A stretch of DNA of 51,284 bases from Oligoflexales bacterium (GTDB lineage: Bacteria > Bdellovibrionota_B > Oligoflexia > Oligoflexales > Bog-1112): positions 1 through 51,284 of the forward strand of contig JBGCEP010000033.1 of assembly GCA_045106415.1 (NCBI GenBank), read 5' to 3'. Below, in pieces: positions 9,612-19,267 of the stretch. The position numbers and the translations under genes are program-made. The first letter of the stretch is position 1; each line of letters starts with the position of its first letter. The notes under the pieces were generated by a model. That model did not search any database. It was not told the origin of the DNA and saw nothing but the letters and a program-made list of their open reading frames with translations.

Positions 9612-10523
9612 TTAACCACAAGAAACCCAGCTCTTTTTTTCCATAGATTGTTCGGCACTCTCAATCCACTTCATAATTGTTAAACCTTCTTTATAAGTGC
9701 ATAACGATGGTGAAGGATTTTTGCTTAAAGCCTCTTCAAGCATCTCTTTCATCATGCGATTGCGATCTGGTGTGTAGATCAATGATTGGTCACATGTTTT
9801 TAGTGTTCCTTGCAATAAATCCACATGGAAACTTTCATTCAAACAATGAATTTTTAAATCCCTATGAACTAAGTGGTCGAGATAATCAAAATTGACACTT
9901 ACATGAGGGCATCTTTCTGACTGCATCAACATTGAAACACAATCTTCAGTTTCAATATCTAAAGTTTTTGTGTGTGTTATTTGACTGACAAGTTTGTGAC
10001 AGTCTCCTATAAGATACAAAACTAAATCAAGCTCATGGCTTAAATCACGTAAAACTCCACCACCTTCTAACTTTTTTGCGGAGTAACAATCTCGGTAATC
10101 TCTTCCAGGCCTCCATTGACTAAGATGCTGGCCAACAGAGGCTTGAAAAGCGACAATGTCTTTTCCTTGTAGAGTTTTGTTTAATATTTTTATAATGGGA
10201 TGGAAACGGAGGTGATACCCAACCCACACCAACTTATCTTCCGTAGGTAAAGAAGCTATTTTTGTGTCAAGAGGCTTCTCCATGAGGACCCGGTTATGGT
10301 AACCGTGTTTTCTCAGATCTTTTAAGGTATCGCCGTGTTTTCCTGTTTGATTAGCTACTATCACAAGATCAGGGTCTTCATCTAACAATTTTTCTATAGT
10401 CTGAATGGTTTTATATGACGTTTCTCTTTGAGTAAAAATGATGACTTTATGACCCATTTCTTCTAAGTTCACTGCATAGCGCCGACCTATAGAACCCCAA
10501 CCAATTACAACTACTTTTTTCAT
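9612..10523 (-). CDS. Gfo/Idh/MocA family NAD(P)-dependent oxidoreductase
   Basis: VIGWGSIG, LMEKP, VGYHLRFHP, GGGVLRDLSHELD; start placed at MKKVV after GGAG. Confidence 0.9.
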   Translation of the reverse strand: MKKVVVIGWGSIGRRYAVNLEEMGHKVIIFTQRETSYKTIQTIEKLLDEDPDLVIVANQTGKHGDTLKDLRKHGYHNRVLMEKPLDTKIASLPTEDKLVWVGYHLRFHPIIKILNKTLQGKDIVAFQASVGQHLSQWRPGRDYRDCYSAKKLEGGGVLRDLSHELDLVLYLIGDCHKLVSQITHTKTLDIETEDCVSMLMQSERCPHVSVNFDYLDHLVHRDLKIHCLNESFHVDLLQGTLKTCDQSLIYTPDRNRMMKEMLEEALSKNPSPSLCTYKEGLTIMKWIESAEQSMEKKSWVSCG

Positions 10524-10590
10524 CTCATCTCCAAACTCAGATAACATATGCCTATATTATCAAAAAAGAGACGATAGTAGCTCTAAAGAT

Positions 10591-10625
10591 AAAAAAAGCG
10601 CCATGAAGATCATGGCGCTTTTTTT
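10591..10625. terminator. Rho-independent terminator downstream of typA
   Basis: AAAAAAAGCGCCATGA-AGA-TCATGGCGCTTTTTTT perfect hairpin with A/T tails. Confidence 0.85.
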
Positions 10626-10642
10626 ATTCGATGATTATATGA

Positions 10643-12514
10643 TTATTTACGAATCACTGAACGTTTGTTTTGTTGAAGTTCTTTCTTACGAAGCCTTACA
10701 AAACTTGGCGAACATTCAATCCATTCATCATCATCAATCCATTCAATACATTGCTCAAGAGACATTTTACGGGCTCCAGCAAGGATAATAAGACCATCGG
10801 ATGATGTTGTTCGAATATTTGTTAATTTCTTAGGACGAACGGGGTTTACGTTCATATCATTATCACGACTACACTCACCAATAATCATACCTTCGTATAC
10901 TTCTGTTCCTGGCTCAATAAAGAGAACACCACGCTCTTCAAGAGTATGAAGTGCATAATCTGTGGTTTTACCAGTTCTATCAGCCACTAAAGTCCCGTTT
11001 TTACGCGCTCTCATATCACCTTTATAAGGTTGATACTCTTTCAACTTAGAACTAAAAAGACCTTCGCCTTTTGTTGCTGTAAGAAAGCGACTGCGGATAC
11101 CAATAATGCCTCGAGTCGGAACATCAAAAGTCAAACGCACACGGTTTCCTGTTGCTTGCTCGTAACTTGAAAGAATTCCTTTTCGTTCTTGAAACATCGA
11201 AGTGACATCACCACTTGCGTCCTCAGGGAGTTCTAAAACAGCTGCTTCAACAGGTTCAAGTTTCTGGCCGTTTTCTTCTTTAAGGAGAACCAACGGTCGC
11301 CCGACCATAAATTCAAGTCCCTCACGTCTCATTGTTTCAATAAGAATAGCAAACTGAAGTTCTCCGCGACCTAGAACATAAAACTGTTCAGCAGTTTCAC
11401 CTGGCTCAAGGCTTAATGCCACATTTGCACGGCATTCACGCTCTAATCTTTCACCAAGCTTACGCGATTGAACCGCTTCACCATCTTGGCCAGAAAGAGG
11501 GCCTGTATTAATTGTAAACGTCATACGTAGTGTTGGAGCGTCCACTTGAAGTCGCTTAAATGGTTCTACATCAGGACTTCCTGCAATCGTATCACCAATA
11601 AACACATCCTTACAGCCAGCCATAATTCCAACATCACCAGCACTTAGAGACTCGACCTCAACCTGCTGAACACCTTCATAGCGGAAAAGCTTACTTACTG
11701 TAAATGCTTCCGTTTTACCTTCTGAACCCAAAAGGTAAACCCGGTCTAACTTGCTCACTTTACCTTCTGTTACACGTCCAACAGCGAGTTGGCCTACATA
11801 ATCCGACCAAGCAAGATTTGATAATTGCATACGAAACGGATGTTCCATATCCACTTCAGGAGGGGTTACTGTATCGCGGAACTTATCTAGTAAAGGTTTC
11901 AACGAACCTGATTCTGAGTTCTCAATCATTGCAGGGACATCATCCAAATCATCAACACACCAGCCTTGACGGGCACAGGCATAGACAATTGGGAACTCAC
12001 ATTGCTCTTCTGTTGCACCAAGTTCCATGAACAAATCAAACGTTTGATCGACAACTTCATAAATTCTTTGGTGAGCACCCCGAACTTCTTGTCTATCAAC
12101 CTTATTGATACACAAAATAATCTTCAGGCCTTTTGCTAAAGCCTTTTCGAGGACAAATCGAGTTTGTGGAAGAGGGCCTTCAACTGCATCAACAAGCAAT
12201 ACAGCGCCGTCAACCATTCCCAAAATACGCTCCACTTCACCGCCAAAATCGGCGTGACCTGGGGTATCAACGATATTCATTCGGATACCGTCATAACAAA
12301 TAGCGGCATTTTTAGCTAAAATTGTAATTCCACGCTCTTTCTCGAGAGCATTGGAGTCCATCACTCTCTCAGACACATTTTCGTGTGCTGCAAAAGTACC
12401 ACTCTGGGAGAGTAACCCATCGATAAGAGTAGTTTTTCCGTGGTCAACGTGGGCAATAATACAAAGATTTCTTAGGTCATCTCGACGGATCAAAGCAGTT
12501 CCTTTCAGGGTCAA
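10643..12514 (-). CDS. typA: Translational GTPase TypA/BipA (start may be TTG at 12493)
   Basis: IAHVDHGKTT, ERGITILAK, DTPGHADFGGEVER, GRGELQ, KKLTNIR, SLEQCIEWIDDDE. Confidence 0.97.
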   Translation of the reverse strand: MTLKGTALIRRDDLRNLCIIAHVDHGKTTLIDGLLSQSGTFAAHENVSERVMDSNALEKERGITILAKNAAICYDGIRMNIVDTPGHADFGGEVERILGMVDGAVLLVDAVEGPLPQTRFVLEKALAKGLKIILCINKVDRQEVRGAHQRIYEVVDQTFDLFMELGATEEQCEFPIVYACARQGWCVDDLDDVPAMIENSESGSLKPLLDKFRDTVTPPEVDMEHPFRMQLSNLAWSDYVGQLAVGRVTEGKVSKLDRVYLLGSEGKTEAFTVSKLFRYEGVQQVEVESLSAGDVGIMAGCKDVFIGDTIAGSPDVEPFKRLQVDAPTLRMTFTINTGPLSGQDGEAVQSRKLGERLERECRANVALSLEPGETAEQFYVLGRGELQFAILIETMRREGLEFMVGRPLVLLKEENGQKLEPVEAAVLELPEDASGDVTSMFQERKGILSSYEQATGNRVRLTFDVPTRGIIGIRSRFLTATKGEGLFSSKLKEYQPYKGDMRARKNGTLVADRTGKTTDYALHTLEERGVLFIEPGTEVYEGMIIGECSRDNDMNVNPVRPKKLTNIRTTSSDGLIILAGARKMSLEQCIEWIDDDEWIECSPSFVRLRKKELQQNKRSVIRK

Positions 12515-12575
12515 CGAAACACATGCGACGGCAAAGTACCTTGAAAAGGCCTCATCTGTCCACTACTCTATACGC

Positions 12576-13397
12576 TTATGAGCTGAATTTTAGACGCATC
12601 TCTCTTTTTCCTGTGAACTCTTTGAGCAATGTACGTGTTCCAGTCAACCTCATAGGTGTTGCTTTCCATCGTAGGAGATCTACTTTTCGGAAAGGTAGAC
12701 CTCCGTAATGTTCAATCTCACTAGGTTTTAAGAAAGCTGATTTATTACACAAAATACTTTGAAGCACAGGCCTTGAAGCGAAGGATTCCATTCGAAGAAA
12801 AAGGTGCTTAAGCATTTTTGTTTGTTCTTGCCTTTTCTTTTGCCTTAAAGATTCTTTAGTTTCTACAAGATCCACTTCTTCGCCTGATAGCAGCGCATTC
12901 CAATTCCCCTTCACAAAACTCAGTGAGGAAACCGTTTCAAATTCTGGTAGGTGAGGAGTTTTTTGTGTATAGATCATCTCATCGGAATCCTCCGAGGTCC
13001 GGAGAGTTATTTCAACAGAGCTATCACCCAGATTCTCAAAATCATATTTTTGAAGTGGAAAAATCGATTTTTTTTTAAAAAAACAAAACCATCGAGAGAC
13101 ATCAATACGACGTATATCAATCGAGTAGGCTTCTTTATAAGCCCTTGTATAATTCAAGTGGGATTCCCTCAATCCACCATAATGTTCAAATAATAAATGT
13201 TGCTGCTCATATTTGCATTCTTTACACTTAGCTATATTTTGAATCGATCCACTTAAATCATATGACAAAACAATTCCTAGCAGGAATAATAGAACAGTTG
13301 CACACTGATCTGGCAAAAGGTTTTTATAAAAATTCATATAGTTACCCCGATTGTTTTTCGAGAAGCTAAGTTGTCTTTTGGACTTTGTCAATGCCAT
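12576..13397 (-). CDS. Hypothetical protein with N-terminal hydrophobic segment (start probably at MNFYKN, 13337)
   Basis: 273-aa ORF; no recognised motif. Confidence 0.6.
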   Translation of the reverse strand: MALTKSKRQLSFSKNNRGNYMNFYKNLLPDQCATVLLFLLGIVLSYDLSGSIQNIAKCKECKYEQQHLLFEHYGGLRESHLNYTRAYKEAYSIDIRRIDVSRWFCFFKKKSIFPLQKYDFENLGDSSVEITLRTSEDSDEMIYTQKTPHLPEFETVSSLSFVKGNWNALLSGEEVDLVETKESLRQKKRQEQTKMLKHLFLRMESFASRPVLQSILCNKSAFLKPSEIEHYGGLPFRKVDLLRWKATPMRLTGTRTLLKEFTGKREMRLKFSS

Positions 13398-13431
13398 TCT
13401 AAATATGATTGAAAAAACAGGATTATGCTCT

Positions 13432-13908
13432 ATGAAAATTTCTACAAGAAGCTTATTAAGAATGATCTCTTATTGGCCACCTTTTTTAGCCGCAGGGATA
13501 AAAGTCGAAAATTTCCGAGAGGATTTCACTCATATTCGAGTTCGATTAAAAAGTTCTTTTTGGAATAAAAATTATTTTGGAACTCATTTTGGAGGAAGTT
13601 TATTCTCCATGGCCGACCCTTTTTATCTATTTATTCTCATCGAAAAATTAGGAGACGATCATATCTTGTGGGATAAAACTTCAGAAATAGATTTTCTAAA
13701 AGCAACTCATGAAACTGTCTATGCTGATTTTCATATCTCAGCAAAAGAAATTGAATCTATACGTAAGCAAGCTCTCACAAAATTTAAAGTGATATACACT
13801 TTTTACGCAGAAATAAAAAACGAAAATGGTGAAGTTATAGCGAAAATAAAAAAAGATCTGTACATCAGAAGGAAAGACGCAAAAGATCGGTTCTCAAAAA
13901 TAAGTTAA
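13432..13908 (+). CDS. DUF4442/PaaI-like hotdog-fold thioesterase
   Basis: YWPPFLAAGIKV, NKNYFGTHFGGSLFSMADPFY, LWDKTSEIDFLK; start placed at MKIST. Confidence 0.85.
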   Translation: MKISTRSLLRMISYWPPFLAAGIKVENFREDFTHIRVRLKSSFWNKNYFGTHFGGSLFSMADPFYLFILIEKLGDDHILWDKTSEIDFLKATHETVYADFHISAKEIESIRKQALTKFKVIYTFYAEIKNENGEVIAKIKKDLYIRRKDAKDRFSKIS

Positions 13909-13920
13909 CTAGAGCTGATG

Positions 13921-14488
13921 GAGTTTGTTGTATGAAGATAATAACTATCTGGACTTGCAGGTGAAAAGAAAAAGCGTAAGACTCAAGGCACAACACCAAA
14001 AAGAGACATCCTATTATATCAAGAGTTGGAATGTCTACAGTGCTTTCTTTCAAGCTTCCTCAGACTTAGGTCTGATCAGCTAGCCAATACCAAGCTATTT
14101 GTCAAGACTGAAGGAGGGTATGATACATCAAAGACGTTATAACACGCTTTGGAAGCGTGGCCTCTCATACTGCCAAGGAAAAACACTATGATACAACAGC
14201 ATGGAAGATCCGAAAGCAACTTCTTAGAAAATACACAAAGTTGATCGTAAGAAATAGAAAGAAAATTCCAGATATCATCAGCGAAGTCTTGCTGAGACCG
14301 CAATGTTTCGAGTGAGAACAATATTTTGGAAACAGTCTTTAAATCGGTCATTCGAGAACCAATATGTTGAAGAACTTTAAAAATGCAGTATTATGGATAC
14401 AATGACCTAGATGACCATGCAAAAAAGCTAAGTCAAACCTCCTCCAAAAAGGAGTTTTGACTCCTTGCAATCTTTATGTAACAAAGCC
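13921..14488 (+). mobile_element. Degenerate, internally deleted IS5-family (IS903 group) element
   Basis: Imperfect 19-bp terminal IRs: GAGTTTGTTGTATGAAGAT and the reverse complement GGCTTTGTTACATAAAGAT, like the IS903 GGCTTTGTTG end. Transposase fragments EGGYDT and RYHQRSLAETAMFRVRTIF carry stops and frameshifts. Confidence 0.8.
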
Positions 14489-14681
14489 TTGGAAATATAT
14501 TCAGAATAGAGGACCAGAGCTGCTCTATATCAGTTTTTTATCACTTTCTCTCATTAATAATAAATTTCAGAAAAATAAAATATCAAAATAAAAAAATCAC
14601 ACACAATCAGTGACTTCTCTCGAGATGGCTCAATTAAAATAAATATTTTCAGATGTTTACAGAAATGCTTTCTTTTAACTT

Positions 14682-14708
14682 TCAGAAGAAACACATTTAT
14701 ACCGACAG
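14682..14708 (+). promoter_or_regulatory. sigma28-like promoter of the V4R-kinase operon
   Basis: TCAG-N15-ACCGACAG, 28 nt before the ATG at 14737. Confidence 0.4.
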
Positions 14709-14736
14709 GGTGATCACTATAAAGAGTAGAGATCTT

Positions 14737-15924
14737 ATGAAATTTTTCTCACCTCAAGATATCATATTTGATAAAGATCGGAGACTGAAAAAGCTCGGCG
14801 GTCACAACCTTATTATTCATTGCCACCACTATAATGCTCGTCTTCAAAATACAATTTGGAACAACACAGCTATCCATGGAAAACACATCTGGAAGTCATC
14901 TGCAAAAATAGTTTTTTCTGATTTACTCCGAAATCTTAAAAAAGAAAAAAACATTCACAACAACCTATCTTTCATTCAGATGGCAGAAGAGCTTTATTGC
15001 TTTCTAGGTTTTGGGACACTAAACATACATGATAAATTTGATTCTGAGGCAACATCTGAAAACTCCCACTATGTTAAAGGATGGTCCTGTGGTTCACTAA
15101 AAAGAGAAGGGTGTGTCTGTGCGTTCACTGAATCTTTTATTGAATCTGTATATCATTTACTAGAAAAAAACATTACTTGCACTGAGCAAAAATGCATGAA
15201 TGAAGATCATCAAATTTTTTGTCTTTTTCAAATAAAAAATAACTCTATCTATGAAAGTCAAGAAAACCTCTCTAGCTATAAAGTTGATAAAAAATTATGC
15301 GACTTAGATTGCGAACAAACATCAAATATCGATAAAGAAACAATTATTACTGCTGTTTCAGAGATGCCCATTATTGGTGGAGAACAAGGACTTATTCCTG
15401 CTTTTAATGTTTATTTAGCCAATATGCCACAAGATTTTTACAATCTTCTTTCCATCCGCTTTATTGACGAACTCAATAAAATTGGTCTCGCTGATATAGG
15501 TGCTCAAATGCTATATGAAGATGCAGAGCATTGCGCTTTAAACACTTTTGGAGGGATTCTTCACTCTGATGAATGGGCTGGCTTAATCGCTCCTATGGTT
15601 CAAAAAGATGAAGATATTATTCACGGACTCATTGCTGTATCCAATGCTCTAGGATGGGGGATTATCCACATCTTAAATCACACGGCAGGAAAATCTTTGA
15701 CCCTTCAATCAAATAACAGTTACGAATCTTTTGGTTATCTTAAGCTTAAAGGACATTCGTCTCACCAACCACGATGCTTTATGCTATCTGGTGTTAGTGC
15801 TGGCCTTATGGCTCTTGTTTATGAGAAAGGAGAATTCGAAGATCGCGTGGGCCTGTATCATGGATCTGAAACTCAGTGTTCTGCTGCAGACAATAACTTA
15901 TGCCTTTTTCAAGTAAAAGAATGA
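14737..15924 (+). CDS. Tandem V4R (4-vinyl reductase-like) ligand-binding protein
   Basis: IIHCHHYN, LGFG / LGWG turns, and two E-x2-C-x(7-8)-C-x-F endings (EQKCMNEDHQIFCLF; ETQCSAADNNLCLFQV). The ORF track starts at 14653; start placed at MKFFS. Confidence 0.7.
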   Translation: MKFFSPQDIIFDKDRRLKKLGGHNLIIHCHHYNARLQNTIWNNTAIHGKHIWKSSAKIVFSDLLRNLKKEKNIHNNLSFIQMAEELYCFLGFGTLNIHDKFDSEATSENSHYVKGWSCGSLKREGCVCAFTESFIESVYHLLEKNITCTEQKCMNEDHQIFCLFQIKNNSIYESQENLSSYKVDKKLCDLDCEQTSNIDKETIITAVSEMPIIGGEQGLIPAFNVYLANMPQDFYNLLSIRFIDELNKIGLADIGAQMLYEDAEHCALNTFGGILHSDEWAGLIAPMVQKDEDIIHGLIAVSNALGWGIIHILNHTAGKSLTLQSNNSYESFGYLKLKGHSSHQPRCFMLSGVSAGLMALVYEKGEFEDRVGLYHGSETQCSAADNNLCLFQVKE

Positions 15925-16196
15925 AACCTTATAGAGTAAAAGTCAGAAGCTGTATCAGAGAAAATACTTATAAATATTTTCTCGAGAAAGAAGAATGTCA
16001 AAAAATTTGGGGAATATTTTGCAAAATTTATGGAGAGGAGAAAATTTTTCCTTATTTTTTTATCCGCCAAATAGAAAATACACATCTCATTCTGCGCTAT
16101 TTAGACCGTGATTCTAGTATTACGGTGATTGAAAAAGAAATTATTTCAGATCATGAACGAAATCATATTTTACAATTAATGGGTGTGCAGCAATGA
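15900..16196 (+). CDS. Small hypothetical protein coupled to the V4R gene and the kinase
   Basis: ATGA overlaps at both ends (likely start 15921, MKPYR). Confidence 0.6.
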   Translation: MPFSSKRMKPYRVKVRSCIRENTYKYFLEKEECQKIWGIFCKIYGEEKIFPYFFIRQIENTHLILRYLDRDSSITVIEKEIISDHERNHILQLMGVQQ

Positions 16197-17560
16197 AAGA
16201 TCTCTTAATTCAAATAGACAACATTGGAAAAGCAATACATCCCACAGAAGATGTTATCAATATAATTCCTTCATTAAGTGAAGACAAAAGTATCATTCAT
16301 ATCTTTTGCAACTCTAAAGAGAAAATTATGTTTTCAAGATGTGTGCTTAACAAACATAAAACTGATTGTGATGCATTTAATCTCTCTATGAAGTGTCATC
16401 AAAAAAAAATACAAGTGCATGTTATGATTATTCAAACTTCAGACAAAAGATTTCTTACTATTAAGAAAAACTATGAAAAAGAAAATATGGAAACTTTTTG
16501 GCAACAGTTTACAAAATCATTTCCTGGAGGCCTTGTCTTTATCAACCCGAAAATGAATATATTAGAGCTTACTCAGGCAACAATTCATTTATTAAAATTT
16601 CGTGATTCTTCAAACATTTCTTATAGTAAGGAAAACCTTATAGGGAAATCTATCTTAGACGTTTGCCCTAAAAATCTACAAAAGATTATAAAAGAAAAAA
16701 TAAGCACTAAAAGTGGATCATACGTAGAACTGGAGGGTTCTTTTCTTAGTTTTTCTTTTCAAGACCTTTACCAAGAATCAAAAATTACAGGAACATGCTT
16801 GTTTATTTTTGATCATACAGAAATTGTTAAACTTCATTCTGCCTTAGATCACCAAAAACAAAACCTTGTTAATAGTGCTCGCCTAGCTTCATTAGGTGAG
16901 ATGGCAGCAGGAGTTGCTCATGAAATCAATAATCCCTTAGGTATTATTTCTATGAGAGCAAACTTCCTTAAAAAGCTTAAAAAAGATGATAAGTTAACTG
17001 ATGAAAAATTCTATAAATTCCTTGATCAAATCGAATCATCAGTCAACAGGGTTGCTTCTATAGTGACTGGGTTGCGCACCATTGCCAGAGACCCCAGCCA
17101 AGACGGCTTTAGCACTTCGAATATTATGTCAATAATCACTTCTGTTGTTGACTTAGCAAGTGAACGTTTAAAGCACTTAAGTATCCACCTTGATCTTTCT
17201 CTTGTAGACCAAAATATTGCTATTCATTGCAACCCTGTCCAGATATCACAAGTTCTAATTAATCTTATTAATAACTCAATTGATGCCATACAACATGAGA
17301 AAGAAAAATTTATTAAATTAGAAGTCAAAAATGAGCATAATTACATCACAGTAAGAGTTACTGATAGCGGACCTAAAATCGATCGTGTGATAGCTGAGAA
17401 AATTATGCAACCCTTCTTCACAACAAAACCAGTGGGAGAAGGCACAGGACTTGGTCTTAGTATTTCAAAAGGGATTTTAAATAGCCATCAAGGTGATTTA
17501 TACCTAGATATAGAGCACGAAAACAATTCATTTGTTTTAATGTTTCCATCAAAAATCTAA
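16193..17560 (+). CDS. Cytoplasmic sensor histidine kinase (NtrB-like, PAS-like middle domain)
   Basis: LGEMAAGVAHEINNPL, QVLINLINNSIDA, DSGP, PFFTTKPVGEGTGLGLSIS; no TM segment. Confidence 0.93.
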   Translation: MKDLLIQIDNIGKAIHPTEDVINIIPSLSEDKSIIHIFCNSKEKIMFSRCVLNKHKTDCDAFNLSMKCHQKKIQVHVMIIQTSDKRFLTIKKNYEKENMETFWQQFTKSFPGGLVFINPKMNILELTQATIHLLKFRDSSNISYSKENLIGKSILDVCPKNLQKIIKEKISTKSGSYVELEGSFLSFSFQDLYQESKITGTCLFIFDHTEIVKLHSALDHQKQNLVNSARLASLGEMAAGVAHEINNPLGIISMRANFLKKLKKDDKLTDEKFYKFLDQIESSVNRVASIVTGLRTIARDPSQDGFSTSNIMSIITSVVDLASERLKHLSIHLDLSLVDQNIAIHCNPVQISQVLINLINNSIDAIQHEKEKFIKLEVKNEHNYITVRVTDSGPKIDRVIAEKIMQPFFTTKPVGEGTGLGLSISKGILNSHQGDLYLDIEHENNSFVLMFPSKI

Positions 17561-17819
17561 AAAATCATCTTCATCTCTCTCAGAAAAGTAGCTTTCATTA
17601 TCTACATTGCACTCTAACAACCTTTCATTATTAATGAATACGGTAGTCAATTGAATACACAGTAAAAGAAGAGGTCTATGTATCGCTTTTTTTGTAGCAG
17701 AAAAAAATATACTTTTTATCCCATATTTTATTGAAACTCAATATCCACCGTGTCATGATAACCTTCAAAAAGTTTCTCCCGTGAATTTTTAAGCCATTTC
17801 TAATTAGAAAGGTTGTTCT

Positions 17820-18374
17820 ATGGATCAAATGAGTGGTTTTTTTATGACACTATTCCCCCTCATTCTCTTTGTTATTGTTGATGTTTTCTGGGGAATGAAA
17901 GCAGCTCTAGTCACTGCTGTTATTGCCGCATTTGCTGAAGCTCTTCTAAGCCTTATTTTATTTGGTGAAATTGATTTTTTAACAGCCACAAGCATACTTC
18001 TTGTCGTTGGAATGGCAGCAGTCTCCTGGAAAACAAATTCATCTCTCATGTTTAAAATGCAACCCGTTTTACTGGGTCTTCTTACCGGCGGTGTGCTTCT
18101 TGGGACAACTCTTCTTGGACGCCCCCTGCTGGTTGAAGCTTTACAAAAATATGGCCCTATCATCAACCCTGATTTTGAAGCCATCTTACAAAACCCCAAT
18201 TTTATGATTATGATAGAAAGGTCCAACTGGACCGTAGGAATCGCTCTTTGGATTCACGCGGGAGTCGTTGCTTGGACAGCACTCAAATACTCCAATTGGA
18301 TTTGGTTATTAACAAGAGGTCTTGGAGTTTATCTGGCAATGATTATTGGCATGTTTTTTGCCGCGTGGATTTAA
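17820..18374 (+). CDS. YciB/IspZ-like inner membrane protein
   Basis: LFPLILFVIV, MFKMQP, LLGRPLL; about five TM segments. Confidence 0.7.
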   Translation: MDQMSGFFMTLFPLILFVIVDVFWGMKAALVTAVIAAFAEALLSLILFGEIDFLTATSILLVVGMAAVSWKTNSSLMFKMQPVLLGLLTGGVLLGTTLLGRPLLVEALQKYGPIINPDFEAILQNPNFMIMIERSNWTVGIALWIHAGVVAWTALKYSNWIWLLTRGLGVYLAMIIGMFFAAWI

Positions 18375-18386
18375 AAGCTTCATCAC

Positions 18387-18968
18387 CTACTTTTCAATCT
18401 TATTAAGATCATTTAATTCTTCTCTATATTCTGGTGATTCTTCATCAATATTTATATCAAACATTCTTTCAATTAACGACGCTCTATTAGGTCTTTCACC
18501 AAGCCAATGACGTGAACTCATAAAAGAAACAGGGTATTTTGCTCGGATTCTTTCATTTAAATCAACCCATTCTAGGTCGTCTTCATGGTCAAGGTCTAAA
18601 ACACAATGCCCAAGTTCATGAAAAATAAGACTTTCAGCACCATGAGCATCGAGTTTATCCCAGTTTTCTCGTCGTACGACAATATATCGACTTTTCACAG
18701 GAGCGAAATTTTTAATACATACAGCTGCATGATCTGGGTTTTCAATTGCGTTCTCATCATCAAAAATAATAGGAAGCTTCACAGAGTTCTTATGGTACTT
18801 CTCAAATGAATGAATATAGGCATGAAAAGCACTATCTGTTTTCATATTAACAGTAGGATCTACTAAAACCCTTGGATTTTCAATAACATCAGAAATCGAG
18901 TAATCACCACAAGATACTAAAAATGGTATAAGAAAACCAAAAGTAACAATTTTTAAACCAGATAACAT
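18387..18968 (-). CDS. Zinc metalloprotease lipoprotein (metzincin-like)
   Basis: Lipobox FLVSC; LIFHELGHCVLDLDH; PVSFM Met-turn. Confidence 0.8.
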   Translation of the reverse strand: MLSGLKIVTFGFLIPFLVSCGDYSISDVIENPRVLVDPTVNMKTDSAFHAYIHSFEKYHKNSVKLPIIFDDENAIENPDHAAVCIKNFAPVKSRYIVVRRENWDKLDAHGAESLIFHELGHCVLDLDHEDDLEWVDLNERIRAKYPVSFMSSRHWLGERPNRASLIERMFDINIDEESPEYREELNDLNKIEK

Positions 18969-19024
18969 TCAAAACCTCAACAGCACAGCAGCAACAACAA
19001 CACAACATATCTATGTCTCTTTCT

Positions 19025-19042
19025 ATGCAGAAATAATGCCAA
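19025..19042 (-). promoter_or_regulatory. sigma54 (-24/-12) promoter of the metalloprotease lipoprotein
   Basis: TTGGCATTATTTCTGCAT: GG-N10-GC. Confidence 0.65.
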
Positions 19043-19135
19043 CTTTTTCCTGGTATCAATTATTCCTTGGCTCAAATAAACATTTAGTGATATTAGATAT
19101 TTAGATCGACACTCTTATCCAGAACAACCTTTCGT

Positions 19136-19154
19136 CTGTCAATTTTTTAGACAG
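19136..19154. promoter_or_regulatory. Palindromic enhancer-like site
   Basis: CTGTC-N9-GACAG about 100 bp upstream of the sigma54 motif. Confidence 0.45.
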
Positions 19155-19267
19155 CAAAGCATATTCTAGACAATTCTAATTCCCGCCAAAACAAAGTTTT
19201 CTTCGTATCAAGAAAATTCTGTTAATATAGAGACACACCAAAAACTCACACACTATTGGAGACTTCC

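Noticed and set aside
8392..10523. TolC and Gfo/Idh/MocA as part of a secretion or polysaccharide cluster
   Set aside because: No adjacent ABC/MFP or sugar-pathway genes; the two genes are convergent
14076..14351. 91-aa minus-strand ORF
   Set aside because: Antisense to the IS903-like relic
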